In this document: piece after piece, positions 18,169-26,655 of the stretch | How positions within the stretch are numbered: position 1 is the first letter of the stretch | Layout of the letters: each line of letters begins with the position of its first letter | Origin: a virus | Taxonomy: Duplodnaviria; Caudoviricetes | Virus record (IMG/VR): IMGVR_UViG_3300032218_002106 | Location: 1-32,916 of that record | Direction: 5' to 3' (one strand) | DNA length: 32,916 nucleotides | Position numbers and translations under genes: made by a program | The notes under the pieces: model-generated | Seen by the model: the letters and a program-made list of their open reading frames with translations, nothing else | What the model was told of the DNA's origin: nothing | Databases searched by the model: none

Positions 18169-18416
18169 TGACTGAGGTTAAACGCCCAAATAACGGGGAA
18201 CTATTACAAAGGATTGTTGACGATATGGCTGTTATTAGAACAGACATTGCCGTCATAAAAAAAGATGTAACTATTCAATCGGATTTGGTTATTGACCATG
18301 AGGCTCGTATCAGGGAGTTGGAGAAGGCTCGCTGGAAGTCTGCTTGGGTAACTGGTATGTTATCTGCTGTTATTACATCTGCGATTGTTGGAGTTCTTTT
18401 AAAACTAATTCAATAG
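18168..18416 (+). CDS. Coiled-coil protein with C-terminal TM (holin/XhlA-like)
   Basis: DHEARIRELEK followed by a hydrophobic tail. Start 18168 by TAATG overlap. Confidence 0.6.
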   Translation: MTEVKRPNNGELLQRIVDDMAVIRTDIAVIKKDVTIQSDLVIDHEARIRELEKARWKSAWVTGMLSAVITSAIVGVLLKLIQ

Positions 18417-18425
18417 GAAGGTATT

Positions 18426-19814
18426 ATGCCAAAGTTGACAAGACTTTTATTTGTTTTGTTTTTGGCATTTGCACCAATTCTGACCTTTACACCTACGGCA
18501 CAGGCAGAAACCCAACAGGGTTTAGGTGTGGATGTCTATACATTTGACCCGTCAGCGTTACCTGAGAGACAGGCTTATACGCTGTGTGAGGGTGCTTGGA
18601 CTTCTGTATCTAACATTGATGCCGATTGGGGTAATGATGTTGTTGCTGGTTGTCAATCAGATTTTGTAGTCATCCATTATTCAGGTGTTTTGACTTCACC
18701 TAAGTCTGGTGATGTTTCTTTTCAGTCTTGGGCTGATGATGGTTTTTTCTTTTCTTTGGATGGTGAAACTGTTATTGATGATTGGCGTTTGAAGGGTTGT
18801 TCGGGTAGTTCTGCTACTGTGCCTTTGGTTGCTGGCCAGTCTTATCAGTTTGATGCTTGGTGGTATGAGTATGGGGGTGGGGCTTGTAATCGTTTGTCTT
18901 GGGATGCTGAGGGTGAGGGCATGAATGTTGTCTCTGCTGGTGCGTTTAGTGGACAGCCTGTTTTGCCACCTGTTAAACATTTTTTGACTAAACCTACTAA
19001 TTTGACTGGTGTTGTTGATGGTACTTCGGTTGATTTGGTTTGGGCTTCTGTTGTTGAAGATACTCCGATTGAGCGTTATGCGGTGACTTGGAGTTATCAT
19101 AATTATCCTGGTTGGGGTATCGCTGTTTTGGATACTAAATCTACTATTTCTGGTTTACCTGAAGATACTGATGTTACTTTTTGGGTTAGGTCTGATAACG
19201 ATACTTTTGGTGTTTATTCTGGACCTTCTGACTCTATTGTTGTGCATACTGGTTTGAATCCTGTAATTCCTGTTGACCCGCCTGTTGACCCACCAGTTGA
19301 CCCACCAGTTGACCCTGAGCCACCTATCGTTGACCCTGTTGACCCACCTATTGTTATTCCTGTTGTTAAACCTGACCCAGTTGTTGAGCCAGAACCTGTG
19401 GTAGAGCCAATTGTTGAGCCTTCTATTGTTGATGTTGATTTGACTGAAATTGACCCGCAGAGTCTTTCTGATGAAGATGTAACTCTACTTATGGAAGATG
19501 CTTTGCAGACCTTTGAGACGGCTGTTGAAGGCTCTGATGAGTACAATCAGGCTTTAGAGCAACTTATGATTGTGGCTCAGGCTGATGACATTGTTGTTTC
19601 TGAAGAATTAGCGAATGTGCCTGTGTTGGGTGCAACGATTGTTGGTTTAACTAATGCTTTTAATGCTTTAGGTAACTTTGGTGCTGACATGTCCCCAAAG
19701 GCTAGACATAAAGCTAAACAAGAAGTTGTGGCAGCTGTAATTGTCACGCAGATAGCAACTACGGCAGCTGGGCTGACTGTTTCAGCATCATCATCTATTA
19801 GGAGAATAAAATGA
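18426..19814 (+). CDS. Secreted/membrane-anchored PA14 + fibronectin type III protein with Pro-rich linker
   Basis: Signal peptide ending AQA. PA14 motifs DFVVIHYSG, ADDG, VIDDW and WYEYGGG. FN3 motif KPTNLTG...VDLVW. PVDP repeats and a hydrophobic C-terminus. Confidence 0.78.
   Translation: MPKLTRLLFVLFLAFAPILTFTPTAQAETQQGLGVDVYTFDPSALPERQAYTLCEGAWTSVSNIDADWGNDVVAGCQSDFVVIHYSGVLTSPKSGDVSFQSWADDGFFFSLDGETVIDDWRLKGCSGSSATVPLVAGQSYQFDAWWYEYGGGACNRLSWDAEGEGMNVVSAGAFSGQPVLPPVKHFLTKPTNLTGVVDGTSVDLVWASVVEDTPIERYAVTWSYHNYPGWGIAVLDTKSTISGLPEDTDVTFWVRSDNDTFGVYSGPSDSIVVHTGLNPVIPVDPPVDPPVDPPVDPEPPIVDPVDPPIVIPVVKPDPVVEPEPVVEPIVEPSIVDVDLTEIDPQSLSDEDVTLLMEDALQTFETAVEGSDEYNQALEQLMIVAQADDIVVSEELANVPVLGATIVGLTNAFNALGNFGADMSPKARHKAKQEVVAAVIVTQIATTAAGLTVSASSSIRRIK
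19258..19425 (+). repeat. PVDP/PVVEP proline-rich linker repeats
   Basis: Degenerate 12-bp GTTGACCCN-CCN tandem units. Confidence 0.85.
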
Positions 19815-19978
19815 AAAACTTTCTAAATGACATTATCGGTCAACTTTGGACACTTCTAGGCATGTTTGTTGCTTGGATTGTGTTGGAAGGCTCTGCAAAG
19901 AGTATTGTTGGCTGGTGTATTCTAGTATCAATAGCGGTATGGATTATTACTTTCCGCTTACGCAATCCAAAGGAATAA
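19811..19978 (+). CDS. Small two-TM membrane protein (55 aa, MKNFLNDIIGQLWTLLGMF...)
   Basis: Translated by hand. AGGAG RBS and ATGA overlap with the PA14 gene. Confidence 0.75.
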   Translation: MKNFLNDIIGQLWTLLGMFVAWIVLEGSAKSIVGWCILVSIAVWIITFRLRNPKE

Positions 19979-19979
19979 C

Positions 19980-20447
19980 ATGTCTGCCATCTATAAAGAG
20001 CCGTTTCCTGCTAAAACTCGTAATGATGAGTTCGGCAATTTAGCCCCTTACCGTAATGGTAGGCCACATAGGGGTCAGGATTGGTCTCCTAAAGAGAAGT
20101 CTCCTATTCCTGCTGTTACTTCGGGTACTGTTGCTTTGGCTGAGTGGTCTGATGTTTTGGGTTGGTTTATTGTTCATTCTGCTAAGGATGGTTACTGGGT
20201 TTTATATGCTCATTTAGCGGAGAAACCTACTTTGGTTAAGGGTGACAAAGTGGAGTTGGGTGACATTATTGGCAAGGTTGGTGGCGGTAGAAATACGCCT
20301 TCTGGTTCTGCTTCTACTGGCGCACATTTGCATTTGTCTATTGGTAAGGCTAATAAGTCTTGGTCTAATCCTGCTATTCATCTGGCTGCTTATGATGATT
20401 TGGTTGACCCGTTGAAACATATTCTTGACAATTTGAAGGCTAAATAA
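19980..20447 (+). CDS. Endolysin, M23 family peptidase
   Basis: HRGQD (HxxxD), YAHL and STGAHLHL (HxH) motifs. Confidence 0.92.
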   Translation: MSAIYKEPFPAKTRNDEFGNLAPYRNGRPHRGQDWSPKEKSPIPAVTSGTVALAEWSDVLGWFIVHSAKDGYWVLYAHLAEKPTLVKGDKVELGDIIGKVGGGRNTPSGSASTGAHLHLSIGKANKSWSNPAIHLAAYDDLVDPLKHILDNLKAK

Positions 20448-20734
20448 TGAACTGGAAATCTAGGGTTAAAGATGTTATTGAGGTTGTGGCTACGCTTGCT
20501 TGGCGTAGTTTTGGTATTTTTCTTTACATCCTGGGTGGTTCTATGGGTGTTGGTGCAGCTCTTACAGGCAACTGGGTGACTGGTGTTATTGTGGCTTGGG
20601 GAACACTTATGTTAGGTGTTATTGGTGTTATTGGTTATGCGATTGCTACTACTGGTAAGGCTACTAAGGATGATGTTGCTAGAGGTTCTCAGGATGCTAT
20701 CCAGAAGGCTAAAGAATCCGTCGAGAAGAAATAG
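20447..20734 (+). CDS. Putative holin
   Basis: Two to three TM segments, charged C-terminus, coupled to the endolysin gene. Confidence 0.65.
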   Translation: MNWKSRVKDVIEVVATLAWRSFGIFLYILGGSMGVGAALTGNWVTGVIVAWGTLMLGVIGVIGYAIATTGKATKDDVARGSQDAIQKAKESVEKK

Positions 20735-21011
20735 TTTTTAGAAAGTTTCTTCGTTCTTCTGGGTCTAATCCACCCCAAATACCAAATTCTTCTTTTGCTT
20801 CTAAAGCGTATTTTCTGCAATCATCTATTATTGGGCAGATTTGACAAAGTGATTTTGCTATTTGAGTATCTTCTCTACGCTTGATTTCGCCACCTTCAGG
20901 GTAAAAAGTATCTGGAAAGTTTCGGCAGGGTACTTGACCAACTTCATCAATTTTGTCTAATAAAGAAAATAATTTTCGTGAAATTGGTATTGTTTGTCGG
21001 TGGTTTGTCAT
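20709..21011 (-). CDS. whiB: WhiB-family Fe-S transcription factor
   Basis: C...PDTFYP...AKSLCQICPIIDDCRKYAL...EFGIWGG: four Cys and the GIWGG turn. Confidence 0.95.
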   Translation of the reverse strand: MTNHRQTIPISRKLFSLLDKIDEVGQVPCRNFPDTFYPEGGEIKRREDTQIAKSLCQICPIIDDCRKYALEAKEEFGIWGGLDPEERRNFLKTISSRRIL

Positions 21012-21046
21012 ACACTTACCTTACTGACATTTGGGTCAGATGTAAA
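21012..21046 (-). promoter_or_regulatory. SigA-like promoter for leaderless whiB mRNA
   Basis: Minus strand reads TTTACA-17 bp-TAAGGT-6 nt-ATG. No SD sequence. Confidence 0.6.
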
Positions 21047-21058
21047 TAGGAAAAGGGT

Positions 21059-21925
21059 ATGTCTAATAAATTAAATCATGGGTTGTATGGTTCGGCTAAG
21101 TTGATTGGCGATTTTGAGAATCAGAGTCCTGAGTGGCATGAATTGCGGGCTTCAGGTATTGGTGGTTCTCAGGTTGGTACGATTCTTGGGTTGAATCCTT
21201 GGGAGTCTGCTTTTACTTTGTGGGCTAAGTTGACTAAGCGTATTGACGATAGTTTTGAACAGAATGAGAAGATGCGTTGGGGAACTATTGTTGAACCGCT
21301 TATTTTTGATGAGTGGGGTTTGCGTAACCCTGAATACAAAATGTTTACTACTGGTACTTGGGCTGATGGTTGGAAGCATGCTAATCCTGATGGCATTTTG
21401 TTTGATGGTGAAACTTATGGTCTGTTAGAGATTAAGACTGCTGGTTATCGTTTTGATTCTGTGCCTGAGCATTATGTAGCTCAATGTATGTGGTACATGC
21501 ATTTGCTTGGTTTGAAATGGTGTAAGGTCGTTGTACTATTTCAGGGTAATCAGTTGGAGACTTTTCATCTTGACTATCAACCTGATTTTGTTGACCGTAT
21601 GGTTGCTAGGGTTGAAGAATTTTGGTCTAAGTTGACTAAGGATGTGCCACCTGATTGGGATGGTTCTGAAAGCACTTTCCAGACTGTTAGGGTTATGAAT
21701 CCGAGCATTGTGGATGATGAGGTTGAGTTGGGTGAGTTGGGAACTAATTTATTGTTTCTTCAGGCTGACCTTGATTTGACTTCGCAAAGAGTTACAAAGT
21801 TAAAGAGCCAGATTCTTGACCTTATGGGTGATGCGAAATATGGTTCTTTAAATGGCAATGTTATTGCTACCCGTTCTTCCAGAAATGGTGGGACACCGTA
21901 TCTATCAATTAAGACAAAGGGCTAA
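21059..21925 (+). CDS. YqaJ/lambda-exonuclease-family recombination nuclease
   Basis: EWHELRASGIGGS, ANPDG, LEIKT and YVAQCMWYM motifs. Confidence 0.93.
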   Translation: MSNKLNHGLYGSAKLIGDFENQSPEWHELRASGIGGSQVGTILGLNPWESAFTLWAKLTKRIDDSFEQNEKMRWGTIVEPLIFDEWGLRNPEYKMFTTGTWADGWKHANPDGILFDGETYGLLEIKTAGYRFDSVPEHYVAQCMWYMHLLGLKWCKVVVLFQGNQLETFHLDYQPDFVDRMVARVEEFWSKLTKDVPPDWDGSESTFQTVRVMNPSIVDDEVELGELGTNLLFLQADLDLTSQRVTKLKSQILDLMGDAKYGSLNGNVIATRSSRNGGTPYLSIKTKG

Positions 21926-21927
21926 AA

Positions 21928-22116
21928 ATGGAAAAGTTACCTGCATTAAATGACAAAGTGCTTTTGATTTACAGCACAAATGATAAAGAAAAAACAACTG
22001 TTATTGGGCGTGTTACTGGCGTTCAATTCTTTAATGATGTGACACCAGGAGTGCAGATTGCTGGTATTGGTTGGGTTTATTTGAATGAAAAGTTTTTCTG
22101 GTCGGTGATTGCATAA
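21928..22116 (+). CDS. Hypothetical protein
   Basis: Tightly packed ORF in the recombination operon. Confidence 0.6.
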   Translation: MEKLPALNDKVLLIYSTNDKEKTTVIGRVTGVQFFNDVTPGVQIAGIGWVYLNEKFFWSVIA

Positions 22117-22694
22117 TGGAAGCTAGAGAATTGGTTGTTGAAATTATGAAGGAAGTTCAGGGGCTTGCTAAGAAGGATAAGAATACTTCGCAGGGCTTTA
22201 ATTTTCGTGGTATTGATGCTGTTATGAATGTGGTTGGCCCTGCTTTGCGTAAGCATGGTGGGTTTATTGTTCCTAGTGTGTCGGATGTTTCTACTTCTGT
22301 TGCTACTACTAAGAGTGGCGGGTCTTTGAACATTTCTCGTTTGAAGGTCAGTTATTCAGTTTTTGGTAGTGAGGGTGAACCTATTACTGGAACTGTTGCT
22401 GCTGAAGCTATGGATTCGGGTGATAAGGCTACGGCTAAGGCTATGAGTGTTGCTTATAGAACTTTTTTACTTCAGTTGTTGTGTCTGCCTACTGATGAGC
22501 CTGACCCTGATTCTTTCAGTTATGAGTTGGCTTCTAAGGCTACTGAGGACATTTATCAGTTGGCTTCTGATGCTTACTATCATAAGGATTTGGCTAAGTT
22601 GAAGATTTTGTATGTTGAAGCACAGCAAGCGAAGTTACCTGCCGAGAAGTTAGAGAAAATAGTGATGTGGGGTAAAGAACTTGGAAATATTTAG
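22116..22694 (+). CDS. ERF-family ssDNA annealing protein
   Basis: FNFRGIDAV, DSGDKATAKAMSVAYR and DPD motifs. Partner of the exonuclease. Confidence 0.88.
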   Translation: MEARELVVEIMKEVQGLAKKDKNTSQGFNFRGIDAVMNVVGPALRKHGGFIVPSVSDVSTSVATTKSGGSLNISRLKVSYSVFGSEGEPITGTVAAEAMDSGDKATAKAMSVAYRTFLLQLLCLPTDEPDPDSFSYELASKATEDIYQLASDAYYHKDLAKLKILYVEAQQAKLPAEKLEKIVMWGKELGNI

Positions 22695-23019
22695 TCCAGA
22701 CCAAGTTATTGCCAAGCTGAATGAACTTATCCAGTCTGGTGAAAAAGGTGTTAATGCTTTATATGATGCTGAGATGAAAGTTGCTGATAGGGATTTGGTT
22801 TATGAGAAGGCTTATCAGTCTGCATTTCTTGAAGCGCAAGGAACTGTTGCTGATAGGACTGCTGTTGCTCGTTTAAAGACTGCGGAGTTAAAGTTTGAGC
22901 ATGACATGGCTAAGGTTGAGTTGAGTCGTGTGAAGGCTAAAATTAAACAGATTTCGGATGCTGGTACTTTAACTGCTGTTATCGCTAAACAGGTGGAATT
23001 GACTTTTAGGCATGGTTAG
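22681..23019 (+). CDS. Hypothetical coiled-coil protein
   Basis: Helical ORF overlapping both neighbours. Confidence 0.7.
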   Translation: MEIFSPDQVIAKLNELIQSGEKGVNALYDAEMKVADRDLVYEKAYQSAFLEAQGTVADRTAVARLKTAELKFEHDMAKVELSRVKAKIKQISDAGTLTAVIAKQVELTFRHG

Positions 23020-23353
23020 TAAGACTGTTTGGGCTAAGGTTTTACAGCGTGATGTGTGTTGTTGGCATTGTGGGCGGATGGATGAAACTCTTGTGCCACA
23101 GCACCGCATCAATCGTGGTATGGGTGGTTCTAAATTATTGGATGTGCCATCTAATTTGATTGCTTTGTGTAGTGAATCTAATGTTTTGATGGAATCTAAC
23201 GCTGAGTTTCGTGAGAAGTCTTTGGTTAATGGTTGGAAGTTGGAGAGATTCAAGTTCCCTGAGCGAGTACCTGTCTATGATTTTATGAAGGGTGACTGGT
23301 TTTTAATTGATAATGACTGGAATAAGTCTCTTTATCGTTTGAATTTAAATTAA
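23012..23353 (+). CDS. HNH-like nuclease
   Basis: RD..CWHCG...QHR...GMGG...NLIALC...N pattern. Confidence 0.7.
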   Translation: MVSKTVWAKVLQRDVCCWHCGRMDETLVPQHRINRGMGGSKLLDVPSNLIALCSESNVLMESNAEFREKSLVNGWKLERFKFPERVPVYDFMKGDWFLIDNDWNKSLYRLNLN

Positions 23354-23357
23354 GGAA

Positions 23358-23684
23358 ATGACTATGGATGATTCACAAGTGTTGAAAAAGGTTAGGGATG
23401 ATGCTGAGTGGTTGGCTTATTTGTTGGCTTTGGAGAAGGAACGGCACGATTCTAGTCATGTCACTAATGCTCAGATTGTTGCTGAAGCTAAGGAGAATTT
23501 AACTAGAAGCCAGGTTCGTCATGTGAAGGCTTTGGTGGATGCTGAAATTGAGCAGTTGGAGTCTATGAGGGAACAGCGAGATAAGTTGTTTTTTAATGCT
23601 GGTAGGTATGCGGCTGGTGCTTTGGATGAGGTTGCGTCGGCTTCTCACAGGATTATGGATGCTTTGTTAGATAGCGAAGGGTAA
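23358..23684 (+). CDS. Hypothetical protein
   Basis: AAGGA RBS, in operon. Confidence 0.7.
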   Translation: MTMDDSQVLKKVRDDAEWLAYLLALEKERHDSSHVTNAQIVAEAKENLTRSQVRHVKALVDAEIEQLESMREQRDKLFFNAGRYAAGALDEVASASHRIMDALLDSEG

Positions 23685-23737
23685 AAGATGTTAAACCTAC
23701 GCAAAAACGCCTTTAAACGCCCTCTAGGGGGCTTTAG

Positions 23738-24529
23738 ATGAGTGTAGAGATGATAAGCCTTGTTTTGAACACCAGTCGTGCTGAGGGGCGAGCAAAACTT
23801 GTTTTGATTGGTATTGCTAATCATCATGGAGATAATGGTGCTTGGCCATCTATTGCTACTTTGGCTAGATACGCTAATTCGTCTGAAAGGTCTATTAAAC
23901 GAGATTTACAGCATCTTCAGGAAATAGGTGAGATTTCGGTTGAAATAAATGGCTCTGATTTTGGTGGTCAATACAAGACAAATAAGTATTGGATTTTGTT
24001 GGCAGGGGTGACAGGTCAGGTAAGCAGGGGTGACAGACTGGGTAATTCAGGGGTGACAGATATGGCACACAAACCATTAAAAGAAACATATATAAACCTA
24101 TATGCTCATTTTGACGAATTCTGGAATGTTTATCCTCGTAAGGTTTCTAAACGAGCTGCCCTGAAAGCGTTTGAATCTGCTTTGGGTAGAGCAAACCATG
24201 ACGAGATTTTGGCTGGTGCTATTCGGTTCGGGCATGACCCTAATCTTCCACCAGCAGAGTTTATTCCTTATCCGACAACTTGGTTGAATGGTGATAGGTG
24301 GGGTGATGCGCCTTTACCTGAGAGAACTAAGTCTAGGGATGAGGTGATTGCTGAAGCCAGAGCGTTAGAGGAAATTAATAGGGCTAAGTTTAAGGAAATT
24401 CAGAAACAGCGAGCTTTGGAAGAAAAGTTGCGTGAAGAAGAAGTGAAGAAGAACGCCCCTAAACTTTGTGAGCATGAACGAATCATCTGGAACTGTTATG
24501 AGTGCAAGTTGCGTAAGAAGAATAAGTAA
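23738..24529 (+). CDS. Replication initiator with N-terminal HTH
   Basis: KLVLIGIANH...AWPSIATLA HTH. FDEFWNVYPRKVSK and YPTTWLNGDRW C-terminal motifs. Internal iterons. Confidence 0.85.
   Translation: MSVEMISLVLNTSRAEGRAKLVLIGIANHHGDNGAWPSIATLARYANSSERSIKRDLQHLQEIGEISVEINGSDFGGQYKTNKYWILLAGVTGQVSRGDRLGNSGVTDMAHKPLKETYINLYAHFDEFWNVYPRKVSKRAALKAFESALGRANHDEILAGAIRFGHDPNLPPAEFIPYPTTWLNGDRWGDAPLPERTKSRDEVIAEARALEEINRAKFKEIQKQRALEEKLREEEVKKNAPKLCEHERIIWNCYECKLRKKNK
24003..24105. repeat. Iterons and AT-rich tract: putative replication origin
   Basis: CAGGGGTGACAG at 24003, 24025 and 24048, followed by an A/T-rich stretch. Confidence 0.75.
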
Positions 24530-24542
24530 ATAAACTGGTGGT

Positions 24543-24812
24543 GTGGATGATAACAAAATTATTTGTAATCGGTGTGGCTATTCTTGGGTTGTTGCCCCGC
24601 AGAAGCGTGACCGAACAGATTTGTTTTGTGTGTCTTGTCGTGCTAAACCCGCAAAAATTGTGCAGTATGGTAGTCTCAAATGTATTCCACATAAAGGCGA
24701 GTTCGCTGATGATGGAGTTACACCCTTATCTGGTGGGGTTGAAGTTTTACCAGGTGAAAGAATATGCAATCATTCCGATTGTGTAAATCCAAAACATATA
24801 GAGAAAGGGTAA
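24543..24812 (+). CDS. Cys-rich zinc-binding hypothetical protein
   Basis: CNRC, CVSC and CNHSDCVNPKH motifs. Confidence 0.65.
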   Translation: MDDNKIICNRCGYSWVVAPQKRDRTDLFCVSCRAKPAKIVQYGSLKCIPHKGEFADDGVTPLSGGVEVLPGERICNHSDCVNPKHIEKG

Positions 24813-24815
24813 ATT

Positions 24816-25115
24816 ATGCCCAACACAATTAAGGCAACAAATCTGACTGTAACGAAGGCTTTTCCAAAGTTTTTTGTTGCTTTTGATACTTTTAAGAAGT
24901 CGGATGGTACTGAAGGGAAACAAAACTATAAAGTTTGGTCAACTATTCCTGTGCAGACTGGTCATGTTGTAAACATTATTGGTTCGGCTTCAGCAAATGT
25001 TAATGAGTTTGTTGAACAGGCAACAGGTAAGAATGTTGTTTATGCACAGTTGTCTATTAATGCTAAGGAAGTTGAAATAGTTTCTAAAGCTGCATCTAAC
25101 TGGGATACATTTTGA
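24816..25115 (+). CDS. Putative single-stranded DNA-binding protein (OB fold)
   Basis: Beta-rich, YKVW, short tail ending WDTF. Replication context. Confidence 0.55.
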   Translation: MPNTIKATNLTVTKAFPKFFVAFDTFKKSDGTEGKQNYKVWSTIPVQTGHVVNIIGSASANVNEFVEQATGKNVVYAQLSINAKEVEIVSKAASNWDTF

Positions 25116-25270
25116 AGTTCGCCTATCTAATTCTGTTTGCAACTGTTGTTGAATTCATTTGGGTAGGCATGAACAGCGATTCAATGGAACAAGCAGTTTT
25201 ACCTTATGTTTTTGCGGGTATCTGGTTTCTTGTGCTTTGTGTGAACTACTATAAAAGGCATGATAACTAA
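25112..25270 (+). CDS. Small two-TM hypothetical protein (52 aa)
   Basis: Translated by hand. TTGA overlap, fills the gap to rusA. Confidence 0.55.
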   Translation: MKFAYLILFATVVEFIWVGMNSDSMEQAVLPYVFAGIWFLVLCVNYYKRHDN

Positions 25271-25649
25271 GTTTGCTGTTTTTGGTGTGCCAGCACCGCA
25301 GGGTTCTAAACGCCATGTTGGTAATGGTCGCATGATTGAAGCATCCAAGTATTTACCTGCTTGGCGTAAAGCTATTGAAACAGAATGTCAATCTTTATTT
25401 GAAGAACCTATTGACGGGGCTTTGGAAGTGGAACTTTGGTTTTATCTTCCAAGGCCTTCTTCTGTTTCTAGGGAGTATCCGAGTGTGATGCCCGATTTAG
25501 ATAAATTGGTGCGTAGTGTTGGAGATGGGCTGACTCAGGGTGGTGCGATTGCGGATGATGCCCGTATCGTTGATTTACACGCCTATAAGCGTTATTCGGT
25601 TGATGGTTGGACTGGCGTTCAAATACAGATTAGTCAAATAAAAGATTAA
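25260..25649 (+). CDS. rusA: RusA-family Holliday junction resolvase
   Basis: GVPAPQGSK, PDLDKLVRSVGDGL and ADDARIV motifs. Confidence 0.92.
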   Translation: MITKFAVFGVPAPQGSKRHVGNGRMIEASKYLPAWRKAIETECQSLFEEPIDGALEVELWFYLPRPSSVSREYPSVMPDLDKLVRSVGDGLTQGGAIADDARIVDLHAYKRYSVDGWTGVQIQISQIKD

Positions 25650-25670
25650 TTTTATTTTGGCGTGTTGCTA

Positions 25671-25700
25671 TTGACTTTGGGATACTTGCTGGACTAGATT
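25671..25700 (+). promoter_or_regulatory. SigA-like promoter
   Basis: TTGACT-18 bp-TAGATT in an intergenic gap, with GGCGTGT upstream. Confidence 0.6.
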
Positions 25701-25728
25701 TAGGTCTATGAACACAAGAAAGGGAAAC

Positions 25729-25863
25729 ATGGCTAAACACAGGGGCAACTACCAGTTCGGTGGTCGTTTATTTCAACAGTATTTACGCTTACAAAATCGT
25801 TGGCGTTTCTTTATTAAACCTAATTTGAAGGAAAGGATTTCTAATGTCTTGGGCGCAAAGTGA
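25729..25863 (+). CDS. Small basic hypothetical protein (44 aa, MAKHRGNY...)
   Basis: Translated by hand. GAAAGGGAAA RBS. Confidence 0.6.
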   Translation: MAKHRGNYQFGGRLFQQYLRLQNRWRFFIKPNLKERISNVLGAK

Positions 25864-26032
25864 AAAACTTAATGAGTGGATTGAACGGGCTTATGAGAAC
25901 GGTAAATCTGAGGAACAGCAACGCATAATCAATTTGCTTGAAACAACACCTTTTATTTGGATGGGTGATGTTCAATTAATACAAACAAGTAGAGATGAAT
26001 TAATTACTCTTATTAAGGGAGAAAACAAATGA
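25844..26032 (+). CDS. Hypothetical protein
   Basis: GAAAGGA RBS. EQQRIINLL motif. Confidence 0.65.
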   Translation: MSWAQSEKLNEWIERAYENGKSEEQQRIINLLETTPFIWMGDVQLIQTSRDELITLIKGENK

Positions 26033-26328
26033 CTAGACCTGACTTTGACCCAACTTGGCTTTTAGATTTGGCTAAAGATTCTGAAGATTTATTTAAAAAA
26101 ACTCTTGGCGTAATGTTAGATGCTCATAGAGAAGAAGCAGCTATTTTTGAGCGTGAACGAATCATTGCGCTGATAGAAAGCCTTGATGCTGAAACATGGA
26201 TGGGCGCTAATCTTCAAATAGCAGACCTTTTAAAAGGTGATGTTGCTGAGTGTGAGTGTGACCCTTGTGATAATGAAGATTGTAAATGTCGTATGAGTCG
26301 TTGCGATTATTGTATGGGCAATGAATAA
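26029..26328 (+). CDS. Hypothetical protein with Cys-rich C-terminus
   Basis: ERERIIALI motif and CECDPCDNEDCKCRMSRCDYC tail. Confidence 0.65.
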   Translation: MTRPDFDPTWLLDLAKDSEDLFKKTLGVMLDAHREEAAIFERERIIALIESLDAETWMGANLQIADLLKGDVAECECDPCDNEDCKCRMSRCDYCMGNE

Positions 26329-26462
26329 TGTTAGAACTATTTGCATCAGTTGGCATAGTTGGTTTAATAATGCTGATAATTGGTTTTGGTTTGTTGTGGT
26401 GGCTCGCACAAATCATTGAAGATAAAAACATATTTGATGATGAAAGGGATTTAAATGAATAA
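26328..26462 (+). CDS. Small single-TM protein (44 aa)
   Basis: Translated by hand. TAATG coupling. Confidence 0.55.
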   Translation: MLELFASVGIVGLIMLIIGFGLLWWLAQIIEDKNIFDDERDLNE

Positions 26463-26655
26463 TGCACAACAAGCAGTAAAACTATTGAGAGACGATAACT
26501 TACTTTGGTCTAATGACTTTGACTTAGTTCGCCACAAGATAGCAGATGTTATTGAGGAAGCTAACACGATTACTCATCCAGTTATTTTGGCTACTATCCG
26601 TAATTTATGCCACCATTTGACCAGCCCTATCGTATTGGAGAAGCCTAATGCTTGA
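26455..26655 (+). CDS. Hypothetical protein
   Basis: GAAAGGGA RBS. Confidence 0.65.
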   Translation: MNNAQQAVKLLRDDNLLWSNDFDLVRHKIADVIEEANTITHPVILATIRNLCHHLTSPIVLEKPNA

